Shown piece by piece: positions 1 to 12,419 of a DNA stretch of 42,380 bases. Every line of letters starts with the position of its first letter. The stretch's first letter is position 1. Below the pieces are notes generated by a model. That model saw nothing but the letters and a program-made list of their open reading frames with translations, was not told the DNA's origin and searched no databases. The translations under genes were made by a program, and so were the position numbers. Source of the DNA: Anthoceros angustus (Eukaryota; Plantae; Anthocerotophyta); assembly GCA_010909165.1 (NCBI GenBank), contig VJWM01000355.1, positions 1 to 42,380 of the forward strand, in the 5' to 3' direction.

Positions 1-609
1 AAGTGGGAAACGCCGCCTCGCTTATTATCTGAAAGAACATTATGGTGTTATCCCAACTTTATGCTTGGTGCTTTTTAGGCACGCACTTCATGGGCAAAGG
101 TTGCTAAGCGCCTTTCTACTAACCCCAACCACCTTGCAATGTAGATGGTGCGCACTACACGCGTGCAAGCGCGGGTTGGGTTTGCATGTCATGCGTAACG
201 CGATAAGGAAACAAGACTTTGGCCACAACAAAGATTAGTGGTGGGGACGCAGTGGGATGCCGTGGTGGAAGGATCTCTAACGGCTCGGTGGTTGGGTTTA
301 GTAGACAGCGCAAGCCAAGGAGGCTCCGCTTGTCAGCCCAGCGTGCGTAAAAAATGGGCCACCGTGAAGGCAAAGAAGCGGGGAAGGCGTCTCAAAGGAG
401 CGGAAGCTGCAAGCGCTGATGTTGTCACCCCTCGAAATGTGAGTTGTGCGTCAACGGCTTTGTCCGAAGCGCAGATATCGACTGCACCCAGGTTTGAATC
501 TGCCTGCCCTTCAACTAGTTACTGCGAGCTCTAGGTTCGGTGATGATAATGAGCTCTAAAGGATGGCTTTTTCTTTTCTCACTTGTGTGGTAGGAAGCGA
601 AGGCCACCG

Positions 610-770
610 CCTGATGCGGTGGAGAACAAGCGCCTCCTCCGATGCCGTGGAGGAGGAGCAGCCTCCCTAATGCCGGTGGAGGAGGAGCAGCCGCCTCGAT
701 GCCGTGGAGGAGTACCGGCGCCGCATCTCAGGGCCTGCTGTGGAAGAGCTCGGTGCCGCTGCTGCGTGGA
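610..770 (+). repeat. Short degenerate tandem repeat (~29 bp, GATGCCGTGGAGGAGGAGCAGCC-like)
   Basis: Three to four imperfect copies of tgccg(t)ggaggaggagcagcc read directly at ~641-710, decaying on both sides. Confidence 0.55.
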
Positions 771-1233
771 GAAGCAAAACCGACCGTCTCAAGTCACCAC
801 CACCTCCTCTTAGGTCTTCGGATGAGAGAACAAGGGCCACCGGTGGCTTATGTGCACACGGACCTTTTGAGAAAGATGATAGCCAAGAAGGCAAGCTCGC
901 TTCCTCCCTTGTCCGTGACACTGGCTCAAAACTTACCCACCTTCAATCCAAAGTGTCTGACTCCCATGCCACCTCCAGCCACTCCTACTCCTAACCCTTC
1001 CACAATGTTGGTTCTAGCTTGAAGAAGTGCAGAAGTGATGGAGCAGCCAAGAAGTGGAAAATCCATTGGAGGAGGGAGATGGCAGACGAGATCCGCCGCA
1101 ATTGCCAAGGAGAAATCGAATTGGAGATCGCCCAAATGCACGCACGTCATTCCACAATGGACATTCATCTAGAATCGTGTGTTTTGGTTTTAGTTGAAAC
1201 GACTCCTTGCTTTTACTTTCATAAGCTTGTCCA

Positions 1234-1640
1234 GTGTGTGTGGCCTTGACGCCCAATGTTTTTGGTCTCTCAAGCTCGAACAAAAGTGTGTGGCCTTGAT
1301 CGCCGATGTTTCTCTTTTGGTCTGCTAAAGCCAAGTGTGTGGCCTTGATCGCCAGATTTTTCTATTGGTCCGCTGCTAAACATGCGTGTGTGGCCTTGAC
1401 CGCCTGTGTTTTTTGGTCTCTCAAGCCTAAACAGTGTGTGTGTGGCCTTGATCGCCGTGTTTTTTGGTCTCTCAAGTCTAAATCGGCGTGTGTGGCCTTG
1501 ATCGCCCATGTTTCTCTTTTGGTCTCGCAAGCCTAAACCGGCAGTGTGTGTGGCCTTGAGCCCATGTTTCTCCTTTGGTCTCTCAAGCCTAAACAGTGTG
1601 TGTGTTTCGCTTGGTCTCAAGCTAAACATGGTGTGTGGCT
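1234..1640 (+). repeat. ~50-bp tandem minisatellite, about 8 copies
   Basis: Unit GTGTGTGGCCTTGATCGCC..TGTTT(CTC)TTTTGGTCTCTCAAGCCTAAA recurs at ~1234, 1286, 1335, 1386, 1436, 1488, 1544 and 1595 (degenerate). The whole unit is conserved, with no unique spacers. Confidence 0.92.
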
Positions 1641-1819
1641 CGCAGCTAACTGCATAAGGATGTACATGCCATGCCCGCATGCATGTGTGACAAGCATGTG
1701 GCCTATACATGCCACTTACAGCCACATGCTCGCACGCATGTACAAGCATATTCGATGTTTTCCTTCTCATGTGTGTCGTTGGATTAAAGAAGATTCATAC
1801 GCTATGAAGTGCTCCAATT

Positions 1820-2200
1820 TTGGTTGAGGTGGGTAATGCGGCACTTCATGGATCCATTGATTGGCAACCGGGAGAGAAACTAGAGACACAAGCAATTGTG
1901 GAGGCAGCCATTCAAGAGATGTTGGTGGGATTTGGAGCATGGCTCATGTGTGTGACCAAATGTTCAACACCATGTTGCGCAATTGGAAGAACAATCTTGC
2001 AAGATGCGCAAGACAATTTCTTGAGGGTAATCATCCACCTAAGTATAAGCCTCGTGATATCTCACGACTGGGATCGCATTGTGGAGAATGAAAAAGCCAA
2101 GGGATGGAGATGTCTCGACAAAACGCATAGCAATGTTGTGGAGGCTGAACCTTTGGTAATGGTGGGTTTGAGCCAACTCTTTTGGTAAGGTGAGGTCCAG
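1820..2200 (+). pseudogene. Possible remnant of a CACTA accessory ORF (Ptta/En-Spm Transposase_24-like), frameshifted
   Basis: Joining frames gives KLETQAIVEAAIQEM..GIWSMAHVCDQMFNTMLRNWKNNLARCARQFLEGNHPPKYKPRDIS..DWDRIVENEKAK, whose W..IV pattern recalls Transposase_24. It lies inside the region bounded by the CACTA TIR. Similarity is weak and by eye. Confidence 0.25.
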
Positions 2201-2951
2201 AATTGATAAACTTTTGACCTCAAGGATGCTGGTTACAAAGATGATGATTTGGATGGTAAGATTTTGATTTGATGTCTTTGCAAGTTTTGATTGTCCTATT
2301 TTAACTCGCTTTTTGGATTTGCCATAGGAGCCGTAATCGGCATTGGAGCGCAAGCAAGTGGACGATGACGGCTGGTTTTGGACAATTTGGTGCCTAGATT
2401 GAAGCCGGGTTAAGTGAGGATCTTTCTCCTCTGTAGTTCTTATAGAAGATCTTTCAAGTCTGTTGTTGTAACACCGGCTTCTTGGTAATATATTCGATTC
2501 TTGCAGACCTCGGGTGTGGCCTCCGTGGGGGGGAAGCCTTAAGTGTGGAACGAAGCCCGATGAAGTACTTGTTGAAGTTGAACCACTCCATCTCATGGAA
2601 GAGGTGGAAGAATTTGAAGAGGTTGAGGTATCCCTCTAAATGCAGTGGAAAAGTTTTTCAATCTCATGGCCTCTCATCGAATGACGACTTGAAGCTCAAC
2701 GCGGTGAAGCTAGGTCCGGACTACGCCAAAGAGCTCAAGTCATCAAGGGTGAAGAGCATGAAGAGGAAGGAAATGAGGCTTCAATCAAGTCCAATTTGAA
2801 GAGATCAAGGAGCGAGGAATTCTAGTTTGGTGCTTTTAGTTGCTTCTCTTAGAAATTGATAGATATCGGCTTGTGGGAATGTCCCTTTGTGTGTCTGGGA
2901 ATGGCCCCAATTTTGAGTGTGTGTGAATGGCTCATGTTTGATATGGGAATG

Positions 2952-3480
<529 letters not shown>

Positions 3481-3544
3481 GCAGATTGTAGTGTGGAGCG
3501 CAACTGTATGTAGAAATTGTAGTGCACTAACAATGTAGTGCCAA

Positions 3545-3892
3545 AGCGTTGTAAAATTGTTGTACCCACATTTTGAAAGTTGTGTTGTGTTATTTAAATG
3601 GGCTGGGATGTTGTAGATGGTTTTGTAAAAACAGTCGTTGTAAAGCGTTGTACCCACACCGAGACGCCCTCAAACTTAGATGTTGTAATTGCTTTTGCAA
3701 TTGGGATGTTGTAGATGGTTTTGTAAAACAGTCGTAAAGCGTTGTACCCACAAGACGTCTCAAACTTAGATGTTGTAATTGCTTTTGCAATTGGGATGTT
3801 GTAGATGGTTTTGTAAAGGCATTGTAAATAGGTGTATGGCACATACCAGGCGCCTCAAACTTAGATGTTGCAATTGGGTAAATGGTTTTGTA
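3545..3892 (+). repeat. ~90-98-bp tandem repeat, about 3 copies plus a partial
   Basis: TGGGATGTTGTAGATGGTTTTGTAAAA...CTCAAACTTAGATGTTGTAATTGCTTTTGCAAT starts at ~3604, 3702 and 3792; a partial aagcgttgta..ttgtacccaca lies at ~3545. Confidence 0.92.
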
Positions 3893-3894
3893 AT

Positions 3895-4160
3895 GTCATC
3901 ACATGGTGATGTGGCAATGGGCCATGTCATCAAATTATGCCACATCATCACCGATGATGTGGCAATGAAGGGCCATGTGGCAACAACATGCCATGTCATC
4001 ACTTGGTGATGTGGCGTGGTGCCATATCACTTTTAATGACATGGCACCGGAACCGCCATGTCAAATTTTACAACATCATGAAGCTCTCGGTTTACAGCGT
4101 TGTTGCGCTGCTTACAACGCCGCATTGTAACACCTGCTAAAACCGCTTGTAAAACCTCAT
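3895..4160. repeat. CACTA subterminal repeats in direct and inverted orientation
   Basis: GATGTGGCA / TGCCACATC / GCCATGTCA motifs in both orientations (3900-4065), then short TTGTAA/TTACA motifs up to the TIR. This arrangement is typical of En/Spm subterminal regions. Confidence 0.65.
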
Positions 4161-4172
4161 TTTCTTGTAGTG
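4158..4172. mobile_element. CACTA (En/Spm) terminal inverted repeat, right end of an element extending leftwards
   Basis: cattttcttgtagtg is the reverse complement of CACTACAAGAAAATG, the canonical plant CACTA TIR, and is preceded by subterminal repeats. I found no matching left TIR in the window. Confidence 0.85.
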
Positions 4173-5559
4173 GACATAGGGGCACCGGCCAGCGCCCCCC
4201 TAGTGGACTAGCAGCAGGCCGGCCGGTGCCCTCACTCATCACCGAGGAGGGCGCTGCCGGGCGCCTCTTCGATATAAGGGGCGCCACCGACCGGTGTCCA
4301 AACCTTCATCTATGCCGCGGACCTCCAACCAATACGGGCACCGAAATCTGCACAAGACAAATGCACGACAAACCGCAGTAGTTCACAACAAAGTTACAAG
4401 GACGGCATGCGGAGGAAAAGGTGCCAGACTTGATCGACCTCGTGGTTGAGTTCCGTATAGTTGTCTTCAATCTGCGCAAAGCGAGCATGTCGAGAACGGT
4501 TTGACTTTGGGATCTTCACTGCTTGTAGTTGCATTTTCCGCTTTAAGAATAGCGTGATATGTGACATATTTGAGTCGACCTTTACTTTTCGTTTTTATCT
4601 GATGACCATATTTCTAATTTTATTATGCGTGTCGGGAAGATTGAAAACCTCCACATTTAGAACCTCTCGACCATGAACATAAATGTCTTGTCCTCAAGCT
4701 ATGGCTAAGCGCATGCGGAGGCTGGCATATGGGGTTTGTTCTCAAACCATCCCGCGATGATTATAAAGACTAGCCTTCATCCTCATACACATTGTGTCCA
4801 CACAATAAACTCTTGACATATACGAGCGACATCGTGTCAAGACACTCCCCATAACATGGTGACAACTTTTCCTTTATCATGGCCCCTAGATTCGCAATGG
4901 ACTAGAGGCGGAGGAATGTCTCTGCTCTTGTACGCACATTACGATAGATCTATACGGCCCGCTCTTGAAATCTTTCTTTTAAATCCAATTTACGCAGGAC
5001 ATCGAGTTGCAACAAGGTTCCGGTAGTCAAAATTGTTACAATGTCACTTCACTCTTCACCAATGACACTCCGGTACCGGTCTTCGATAACATAATGCGGG
5101 CGGTCGCTTCTCGATGCGCAATGTCACCGCTCAAAGGCTTGAGATGAAATGATCTTGGCACATCATCCTGGAAATGCGGAAAGTCGTCTGCTTTTAGTTT
5201 GGACCTCTGTCGAGATGACCATCTAGCACCTCGGGACGGGTTGTTCTGCGCCCGCGCCGCCGCCATGAACAAACCCGCAGGCGGGCAATCGATCGCGAAC
5301 ATCGGGCATCCTTCAACCCCAACTCTCGCTAGAGGCGCTGCCGTCAAAATGAAACACGCATTACAGTTCGGTTCTTGGCATCAGCCAGACATCATCGGCA
5401 CTGCAGGTGAGAACCCAACTCAGCGTCGGCGTCTATCCCACAGAGTGATATCAATGCGACTTCCACGGTGGCCTGCCGGATAACTTCATCCGTTAAAGGT
5501 TTCAACGAAGCACCATAACCCCTAACCTTGGAGGATGGCGAGCACGGGTGGTGGTGGGT

Positions 5560-6200
5560 TTAAGAGAGCACGCCTCCTCGCGCCCTTTTTAAAGAGATCC
5601 CTTTGCCGGAGCCTCAAGTATCCCGGGAGGGTTCAACCCACATAAGCCCAGATGCACAACGTGCAAATATGAACTTGCAGGTTAACTGTGACTGGTGATG
5701 GCACAAATGATTCGAGACATGAAAGCAGCTCGGCCGCACATAACTGCACGTCCTCCTTATGATACCTGCATGTGTGTCCTGCGAAACATTGCAGTGATGA
5801 AGCCGTCGACAAGTCACGCTCACTAAGTCCTTGCAGGAGAAATGGGGCGTGAGGTGGACTTGCCTCGAACGCAACTTAGTACCCCACGCTTTATGTGCAA
5901 AACATCATTGCATATAACGGCAAGGAAATCCAATGAGGCAGCGGGTATCGCGGTCGCGACATCGCGATAAGAATGGCCGCGGCGCCGCTGGCGGCAGTCA
6001 CGATGTCATAAATAGGTGCATATGAAAATGAGGTCCATGTAACTACACGCCTTTACGATATCGGGGTTTCTAACTTTGGTTCCAGGCATTAGGTGAGTAA
6101 CCACTAATGCGGGTCGGGGGTTAGAACTCCCTTCGATAATAGTGTTCGCCATTAATTTGTTCAAGCGCGCGGAAATGTTAGCTCCACCAGTCCAGCAGGG
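5560..6200 (-). pseudogene. Possible En/Spm (CMC)-type transposase fragment
   Basis: Minus-strand reading ..PFLLQGLSERDL..EDVQLCAAELLSCLESFVPSPVTVNLQVH..HVVHLG..LE..KGSL resembles the C-terminal 'LL..F..P..T.N.H..H....GP...FE...LK' region of En/Spm transposases. It has stops and frameshifts. Confidence 0.33.
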
Positions 6201-6217
6201 CTGTCTAGCAATAATAG

Positions 6218-7064
6218 TGTGGGAGGAAAGCCCGGAGCCCAAGGCTTCCCCTCACAAGCCCACACTTATCAACCCCAATAAGCTTTGTCGTTTAGGTTTC
6301 ATCCCTTGAGACTCGTGTGAAAGTTCGGGGTCTTGTGATGCCCGTCGCTACTGCGGTGACACACTTCTCGACCTTCTAAACAAGCAAGGCGCCCTCTACT
6401 CTCCCTCTTACAGTGCACCCTTTGCTCGAAAAATCACCAATCCTCGACCTACAGCGACACAACACAATTTAGGTCGCCTTAGCGGAGGAGCCTATCACGG
6501 GCGCCGGGGACCCCCGATCCACACGCAATTTTGTCCCTACTTCTAAGACCAACTCTTCTCCACTCGGGGCGCTCTTTTACTTGCAGTTGGGATTCGTCCC
6601 TTAGGCTCTGCACTGTGGCCTTCCACTAACACCTACACCTCTAATCCTCTACTCATCTCTCTCATCCTCTTCCTCCTATTCTAACCTCGGTTCGGGCTTC
6701 TTGGTTCTCGCCCTTACGGCTGGCGGGTCGGCCTCCACCAAGTTCTTCCTTGGGCGGTTGCTATGAGTTTGACACGGGCAGTGAGAACCTCCAGTCTTTC
6801 CATAGTCTACCCTCAAGCGAGTTCCACAGGCATTGCCACACACCCAAAGCAAAGCAATTTCACAACCATTCACAAGGGGAGCAACTCGTTTAGGCACTTG
6901 CGGAGCAAGTCCTCCACCAAGCACTCCGACCAGACTTCCTCTCTGCGAACTGCGTTGGCTCACGGTGCCCGAAATTCCTTTACATGGCAAAGGACTCGAT
7001 GGTATGGGCAGGCGTGATACTTTACTTTGTGAAATCCTCCTCCTCTTATAGGAGGCCTTCCACA
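6218..7064 (-). repeat. 3' LTR of copy A (~850 bp)
   Basis: Reverse-complement homology to 30807-31682. Minus-strand termini are TGTGGAAGG...CCTCCCACA (8/9 inverted match). A purine run AGGGAGG lies just upstream. No PBS follows, so it is a true 3' end. Confidence 0.75.
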
Positions 7065-7499
7065 TACAACCTCCCTAGGTGACCCTCTGCGGTCACCTTT
7101 TCCAATATTTTATTATTTCCTACACATTTAAGGCACCTAAGTCTATCGATCCTTGGTAAATTCTATTCTAGTAACTTCACCTAAGATCATCCTTAAAGGA
7201 TGTCTACACCTATCCTTCCCTCCCCAAAGCTCATTTATGGTCCTTTGACCATTCTAGTCCTCATCTGGGGTGGCATGCGTCCGATTGGCTCCCTCGCCCT
7301 CCTTTTGCTCCCCCCTTCTGTCTTCCTAATGTGGGGCAAGTACAATCTGCCCTTCCTCCTCTCAGGCGGCGCCTGATTCTCATCCTTCCAGCAATCGCGC
7401 CCCTCCCGCACCTAGGCGCCCTTTTCTCCGGCTCCGCCCTGGTGGCGCTCATCATCGGCACCCTACGCGGTGATGGCGGACTACGGGGGTGGTACCATG

Positions 7500-10400
7500 G
7501 TAGTCGGTCCCTATCTCCTTCTTCTTCTCCATCGGTGATGTCTCTGGGTTGAGTTCCTTTTGCTCCTTTCCTCTTGGTTTGTCCATACCTATCATGGAGC
7601 ATGTCTTCAAAGTCTTCCCCCATTGTTCGATGTTTCCTCCTTCGGGCCCTTTTTGCGTTGGTCTCCTCTCACGGCCTGGCTCCTCCTTGCTCGTGGGGTG
7701 AGGAACTTCTCACCCCTCCCCTTCCTCGTGGTGGGACCCGTCCTTAGTCTCCTCCGGTGGGGTTGTTTCTCCCACCACCTCGCCTCCTCCGGGGTATACT
7801 ACGGACCCCGGCTCCTTCATCCTCGGCCGGGCCTCCCGACTCCAGGCTCCGCGTACCCCTGGTCAGCGGACTACGCGTGGTGGTCTACCAGTGGTCAGCG
7901 GACTACCGTGGTAGTAGTCTCAGTGCAGAGGTTGTCCCCCTCCTTGCTTTGCGCCATCTTCTACCTTGGTCCCCGCTCTCTCTCTCTCCGACTCCTCTCC
8001 TCTCCATCTCCTCGCTCTCATCTCTGCGGCCAGGCCTCTTCATTGCGACTCCTTCATCATCATGAGGACCCAATGTCCTCCTCTTGGCCAAAACGCAGAC
8101 TCATTGTTGGCCTTCAAAATTCTATTGTGGAGGTGAGCCCCAAGCTATGATACATTTGGAGATCATCAATCTCAGTGGGCCACTCTCCATCTTCACACCT
8201 ACCTTGTAGGCATCCCTTGATGGTCAATTCCCCCACCTTGACATGGAGGTCATTCTCCTCCTTGCTTCCTCTGGTTGGCCATCTTTGCCTGAAGGGCATA
8301 ATCTGGCCAGAATCTCCTCTTCCTTACCACCAGCATCCTATGTACCACTTTCTTGTGGTACTCCTCCTCTGGGACCTCTTTCCTTCCAAGTCCCCTAGTT
8401 GCTGTTGAGCAAGCCCTTCCCTCTCGCTTGCCAAGCACTCTTCGCTCCGGCTCCACAGATTCTTGGTCTTGAGCTCGCTCCACCTTCTCTCCAAATTGGG
8501 TTCTTCTCAATTCTTCCTTCCATGTCCCACATTGATGGCTTGGGTAGCCATCACACTGCTCTTAGCGTCCATTTGTTGGACCGCACCTTCCTTCCTAGAG
8601 CCTCTTTTGCCCTTCGCTCTTGCTCTAATTGGGCAAAATGCTCCTCCATATACATCTCCATGAGTCCTTGGGTGGTTGCTCGGGCTCTCTCTCGTTTGAG
8701 CCAACCTTCCCTCCAAGACCTTCTCCGCCCTGATCCATAGGTCGCTGGAGCTTCTCCTGACCTTCTCCAACTTGGCTGCCTTCTCGTCGGACTCCATGGC
8801 CTCCAATTGCCATTTGGTCCTGCCTTCCTCTCCGGCCATCTCTTGGGCCTTATTTCACTTCCTCTTGCATGCCCACAAGGAGGCTGCTAGTTCCCTAGCC
8901 CCTTCAAATCCACACACGGTGAGTGCTTCACAAGCACTCAATTCTCCTAGGGGTCCTAATTCACTTCCTCTTCTTTGGAAATCTCCAGCTCTCCCACACT
9001 CGGCCATCGCGGCGCGGCCAGGCCTCGCTCCATCCGCTCTCCCCCCAGCGGGGTGGCGGCCGGCGCCGCGGCTCAGCGCTGCCCTCCTTCCTTCCCTACC
9101 GCCCGTGGGCGCCTCTGGCGTGGGGTGCACACGGTGGTGCTCCCCAGCGGTGATCGCCCCTGCCTACGGGCGCACTACCTACCGGGTAGTGCCTCCCTGG
9201 GGTGGGGTGCCTACGGTAGTGCCTCCCGGGGGTGCCTCTCCTAGGCACCCACGAAATGGTGGGGACTCCCCCACCCTTGGGCATCACCCCTCTGTGGTAG
9301 TCCTCTCTCATAGACTACCATCGGCCTTCCTCGGCGGATCCTCTCCTTCCCTTGCTCTTGTGGGGAAAGGCCTCCCACTCGGCAACCTGTTGCCTCTACT
9401 TCCTCCTTGGTCTAGGTGTGCTTGTGGAGGTCGACCTCCCAGTCTTCCTCAATGCAAAGGCAAAGGCCTTTCCAAGCTTGGGTGGATGATCTCAGAAGGA
9501 TGCCAAGCATCTTCAAGCTCCTTGCTTGTGAGAGCCCTCGGTTTCCCACAAATGCACCAAATAGGTGCTAGATAGCAGGCCTTGGCCCTTCCTCATCCAC
9601 GAATTGGCTTGAGGAGCTTCTCCGATGGTATGTAGGCCTCATACATGATGGTGCCCCAATCCAACTTGGCTCGGAAATCTTCCACAAAAATTGAGGAAGT
9701 TGGTGCTGAAATAAGAGTCCGGTAATTCACCAACCCCAACACAATCTTAAAGAGCCTCCACTTGACTCCTTGATGCTGTCATCTTCCAGCCATTCTTGGC
9801 GTGGGCCTTCACTCCTCCGTCCATCATGTCGAGGACTCCTGCGGAATCTCGAGGCAATCCTCTTCCTCCATTTGTCCTCGGGAGAGCAATTCAGCTCTCC
9901 TCCTCTCTCCATACACACTGTCGAATGCTTGCATCGGCCAGGATCGTTAGCATTCCTCTCCAATGCGGCAAGGGGCTTTTGATGGAGGTTGATGTAACAC
10001 TCCTCAATCAATTCCAAATTGGTGTAGGCCCATTGGCGGCCATACACCCATCCCAGTGGATGTTATCCTCCTCGCCTTGCGAAAATCACCAAATCACGGG
10101 GAGGCTGCCCGCAAAGCAAGTGAATTGGGGCATCTCGACCTCACCCCCCCTGGCGGCGGCCTGCTGCGCCTTCTTTCCTTTTTCCTCCTCGCGAGGAACC
10201 CTTGGCGGTTCCTTCCCTTGCCCTTTCCACTCGAGGCATGGTGGCGTTCTTCTTCCCAAATGCTTCAAGAGGAATTACTTCCCAATTTTCGGAGGCCTTC
10301 CCAATTCAACTCCTCTCACCTCTTGGGGCACGGCTCTCCAAGCAACCACAATCAAAAGTTAGGCTCAGTATCATATTCTTCTCTTCTTCTTCCTCTCAGA

Positions 10401-10750
10401 GCGCCCCCCTTAGTGCAGCTTTCCTTACTTTTTCTTCAACTGCGCCCTCAGCCACACCTGCGCCTCCCTCCTCTGCCTTCGGCCTCAGCGCGTAGCTTGC
10501 GCCTCCCTCAGGCGGCGCTCTCGTGCGTTGTTTTCCTCTCTCCCTCTCGCTCCCTGGGGTTCTTCCTCCTTCGCCCTCTTCCTCCTCCTTGGCGGCGGCG
10601 ATGCGATGGCGTAGTGATGGCCTCCTTCTCCTTCTCTCTTACGCTCCAGCTCGGTCTCGACTCTTGGAGTATCCCAGTCGAGAGAGTTGCAGCCCTTTGC
10701 CTCTTTGGATGGGCCACACGGCTGCACAACCCTAGATTGGTCATTCTAAA
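7500..10750 (-). pseudogene. Athila-type extra ORF downstream of pol (putative plant transposon protein / Transposase_32-like core, Pro-rich linker, coiled coil), frameshifted
   Basis: GWVYGRQWAYTNLELIEECYINLHQ (cf. 'LV.EFY.NL'), then a G..(P)DWG.IMY / YLAP..HL-type segment, a coiled-coil-like stretch (8507-8839) and a C-terminal KGCLQGRCEDGEWPTEIDDLQM block. Homologous copies lie at 26020-30200 and 33940-35010. Confidence 0.62.
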
Positions 10751-11049
10751 TCTAATCCTAAATACCTATTTCCTATCCTATTTTCTAATTATTACCTTCT
10801 AATTAATCTATTATTTATTCCCTATTGGTGAGCATATATAGTGGATATCCCCCTATTCTAATTTCCTTTTCGATAGGATCTGGGTCGCGACTTGATGCCT
10901 TTCCTTTCTGCCGGGCGTGTGTGGCGACCTACGGTGGTTACCAGCTACCGACCACCTTTGATTTGCCTCACCGCAAATGAGGTCGTTTTGACCCGTTCTT
11001 CTTCTGGGATATCCTCTTTGCTTCCCAATATTTTACAACTCGACTTCAA

Positions 11050-12410
11050 GATTTCTGAGTTTTCCCAGCATGCTCCTCTTCAATCGTTCTTAGCCAAAAA
11101 AAATCTTCGTCTTTTGAGCTCTTTTGGGTTGCCCAAACTTTTGTTCCACATACTCCCCTCACCTCACTGTTGCGTCCTGCAAACAACGAGAATACCTCGG
11201 GCTGAGGTACTTCTTAACCTTCCACCCATTACTCTAGTGGCTAGTAAATCTCCGCACTCGTAATTGCCGGATCCATTCTCGTATCTGCCACCACCTCGTG
11301 GTCCCATCCATCTCAGCCTAAGCTTCCACAGGAAGTCCGGTACGACTATCATATAGAAGAACCAAATCCCGGTCCGATAGCCTCCACTTCCTCACTTCCA
11401 TCATGCGGTCTTTTGAGTTCACGAATCCAGGGTTTCCTCTAAAGCATCTTCCTCGTTCTCTATAGCGATTCTAGTCTAGCTACTGCTATCTTCTCATGTC
11501 ATCGTTCATCCTCCATGATCCTATGGGTGGGTACTTCAAATTCCACGGGCATCACGGGTGACATGCCATATGTTAGATAATAAGGGTCTTCTTGGTGGTT
11601 ACCTTCTCAGCAGTCCTGTAAGCCACAATGTCTGAATGCAACTTAGCATCCCAATCATATGTATTCAATTTACCTTGGTGAGGATTGTGCATAACAACCC
11701 GTTTAGTCTTCTCCGTCAATCCGTTAGCCTTGGGGTTGTAGGGGTGTCTTTCGATGCGGATGTTGGTAGGTGGTTAGGGACTCGAGTTGAGGAAATGTGT
11801 CCCCGATCGTGACCAACTCAAGGACACCCGTACCTGGGTTATGATGTTCTCTGGGCGGCTTTGCCGCTGCGGTCGTCGTCCTTCCTCGTCGCTTTTGCTT
11901 CCACCATCTTCGTGCAGTAGTCCGTAGCCACCAAGATATATTGTTTCCTTGTCCACTGGGTAGGTGGCTTGATCGGTCCCACGAAATCGATTCCCCACTT
12001 TTCGAACGATGCTAGCGGCAATATATAGGTGAGGGGCCATTGCGTCGACAACGTAGGCCGCCCAACCCTCTGACATGCATCACACCTCCGAATAAATTCC
12101 CACACATCCTTTTGCATCATAGCCCACCAGAAGCCTGCATTTAAGATCTGCTTCACGGTCACCTGTACCGAATAGTGGCTGCCGGCCTCTTTTGCATGTA
12201 GTGCCTCCGTGACGAGTGCAGCCTCTTCGACCTCGAGACACCGCCAAATCTTTTCGTCCGGGCCAAGCTTGTATAGGACTCCTTCCCTTAGGCAATAGGG
12301 TGCGGCCTTACGGATAAAGACTGCGCGCCCTTCTCGAGATAAACCATTAGGCATGGTTCCATGCTCCATGAACTTATGCAAACTCCCTGGTCCCTACCGT
12401 TTGGGCTGAA
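11050..12410 (-). pseudogene. pol: Ty3/gypsy integrase (HHCC zinc finger, rve core, C-terminus) of copy A
   Basis: ORF 11839-12381: [65 protein letters not shown]. Downstream degenerate frames give YNPKANGLTE and LWAYRTA-like motifs. Confidence 0.93.
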
Positions 12411-12419
12411 GGGGAAGCT

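Larger units (their letters stand above)
6218..12410 (-). mobile_element. Athila-like Ty3/gypsy retrotransposon, 3' half (copy A: INT, extra ORF, 3' LTR)
   Basis: Integrase, then a long extra ORF, then an LTR homologous to 30807-31682. It is 5'-truncated at ~12410 against a copia fragment. Confidence 0.85.

Noticed and set aside
1-1230. Host gene exons in the short ORFs at the window start
   Set aside because: No recognisable domain or coherent splice pattern; the region is probably internal CACTA sequence.
1234-1640. CRISPR-like array
   Set aside because: The whole ~50-bp unit is conserved with no unique spacers, there are no cas genes, and the context is eukaryotic TE DNA. It is a minisatellite.
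6006-6242. Retroviral protease (IIEGSSN resembling a D-S/T-G motif)
   Set aside because: No catalytic Asp, no gag or RT context, and it lies outside the LTR end at 6218.
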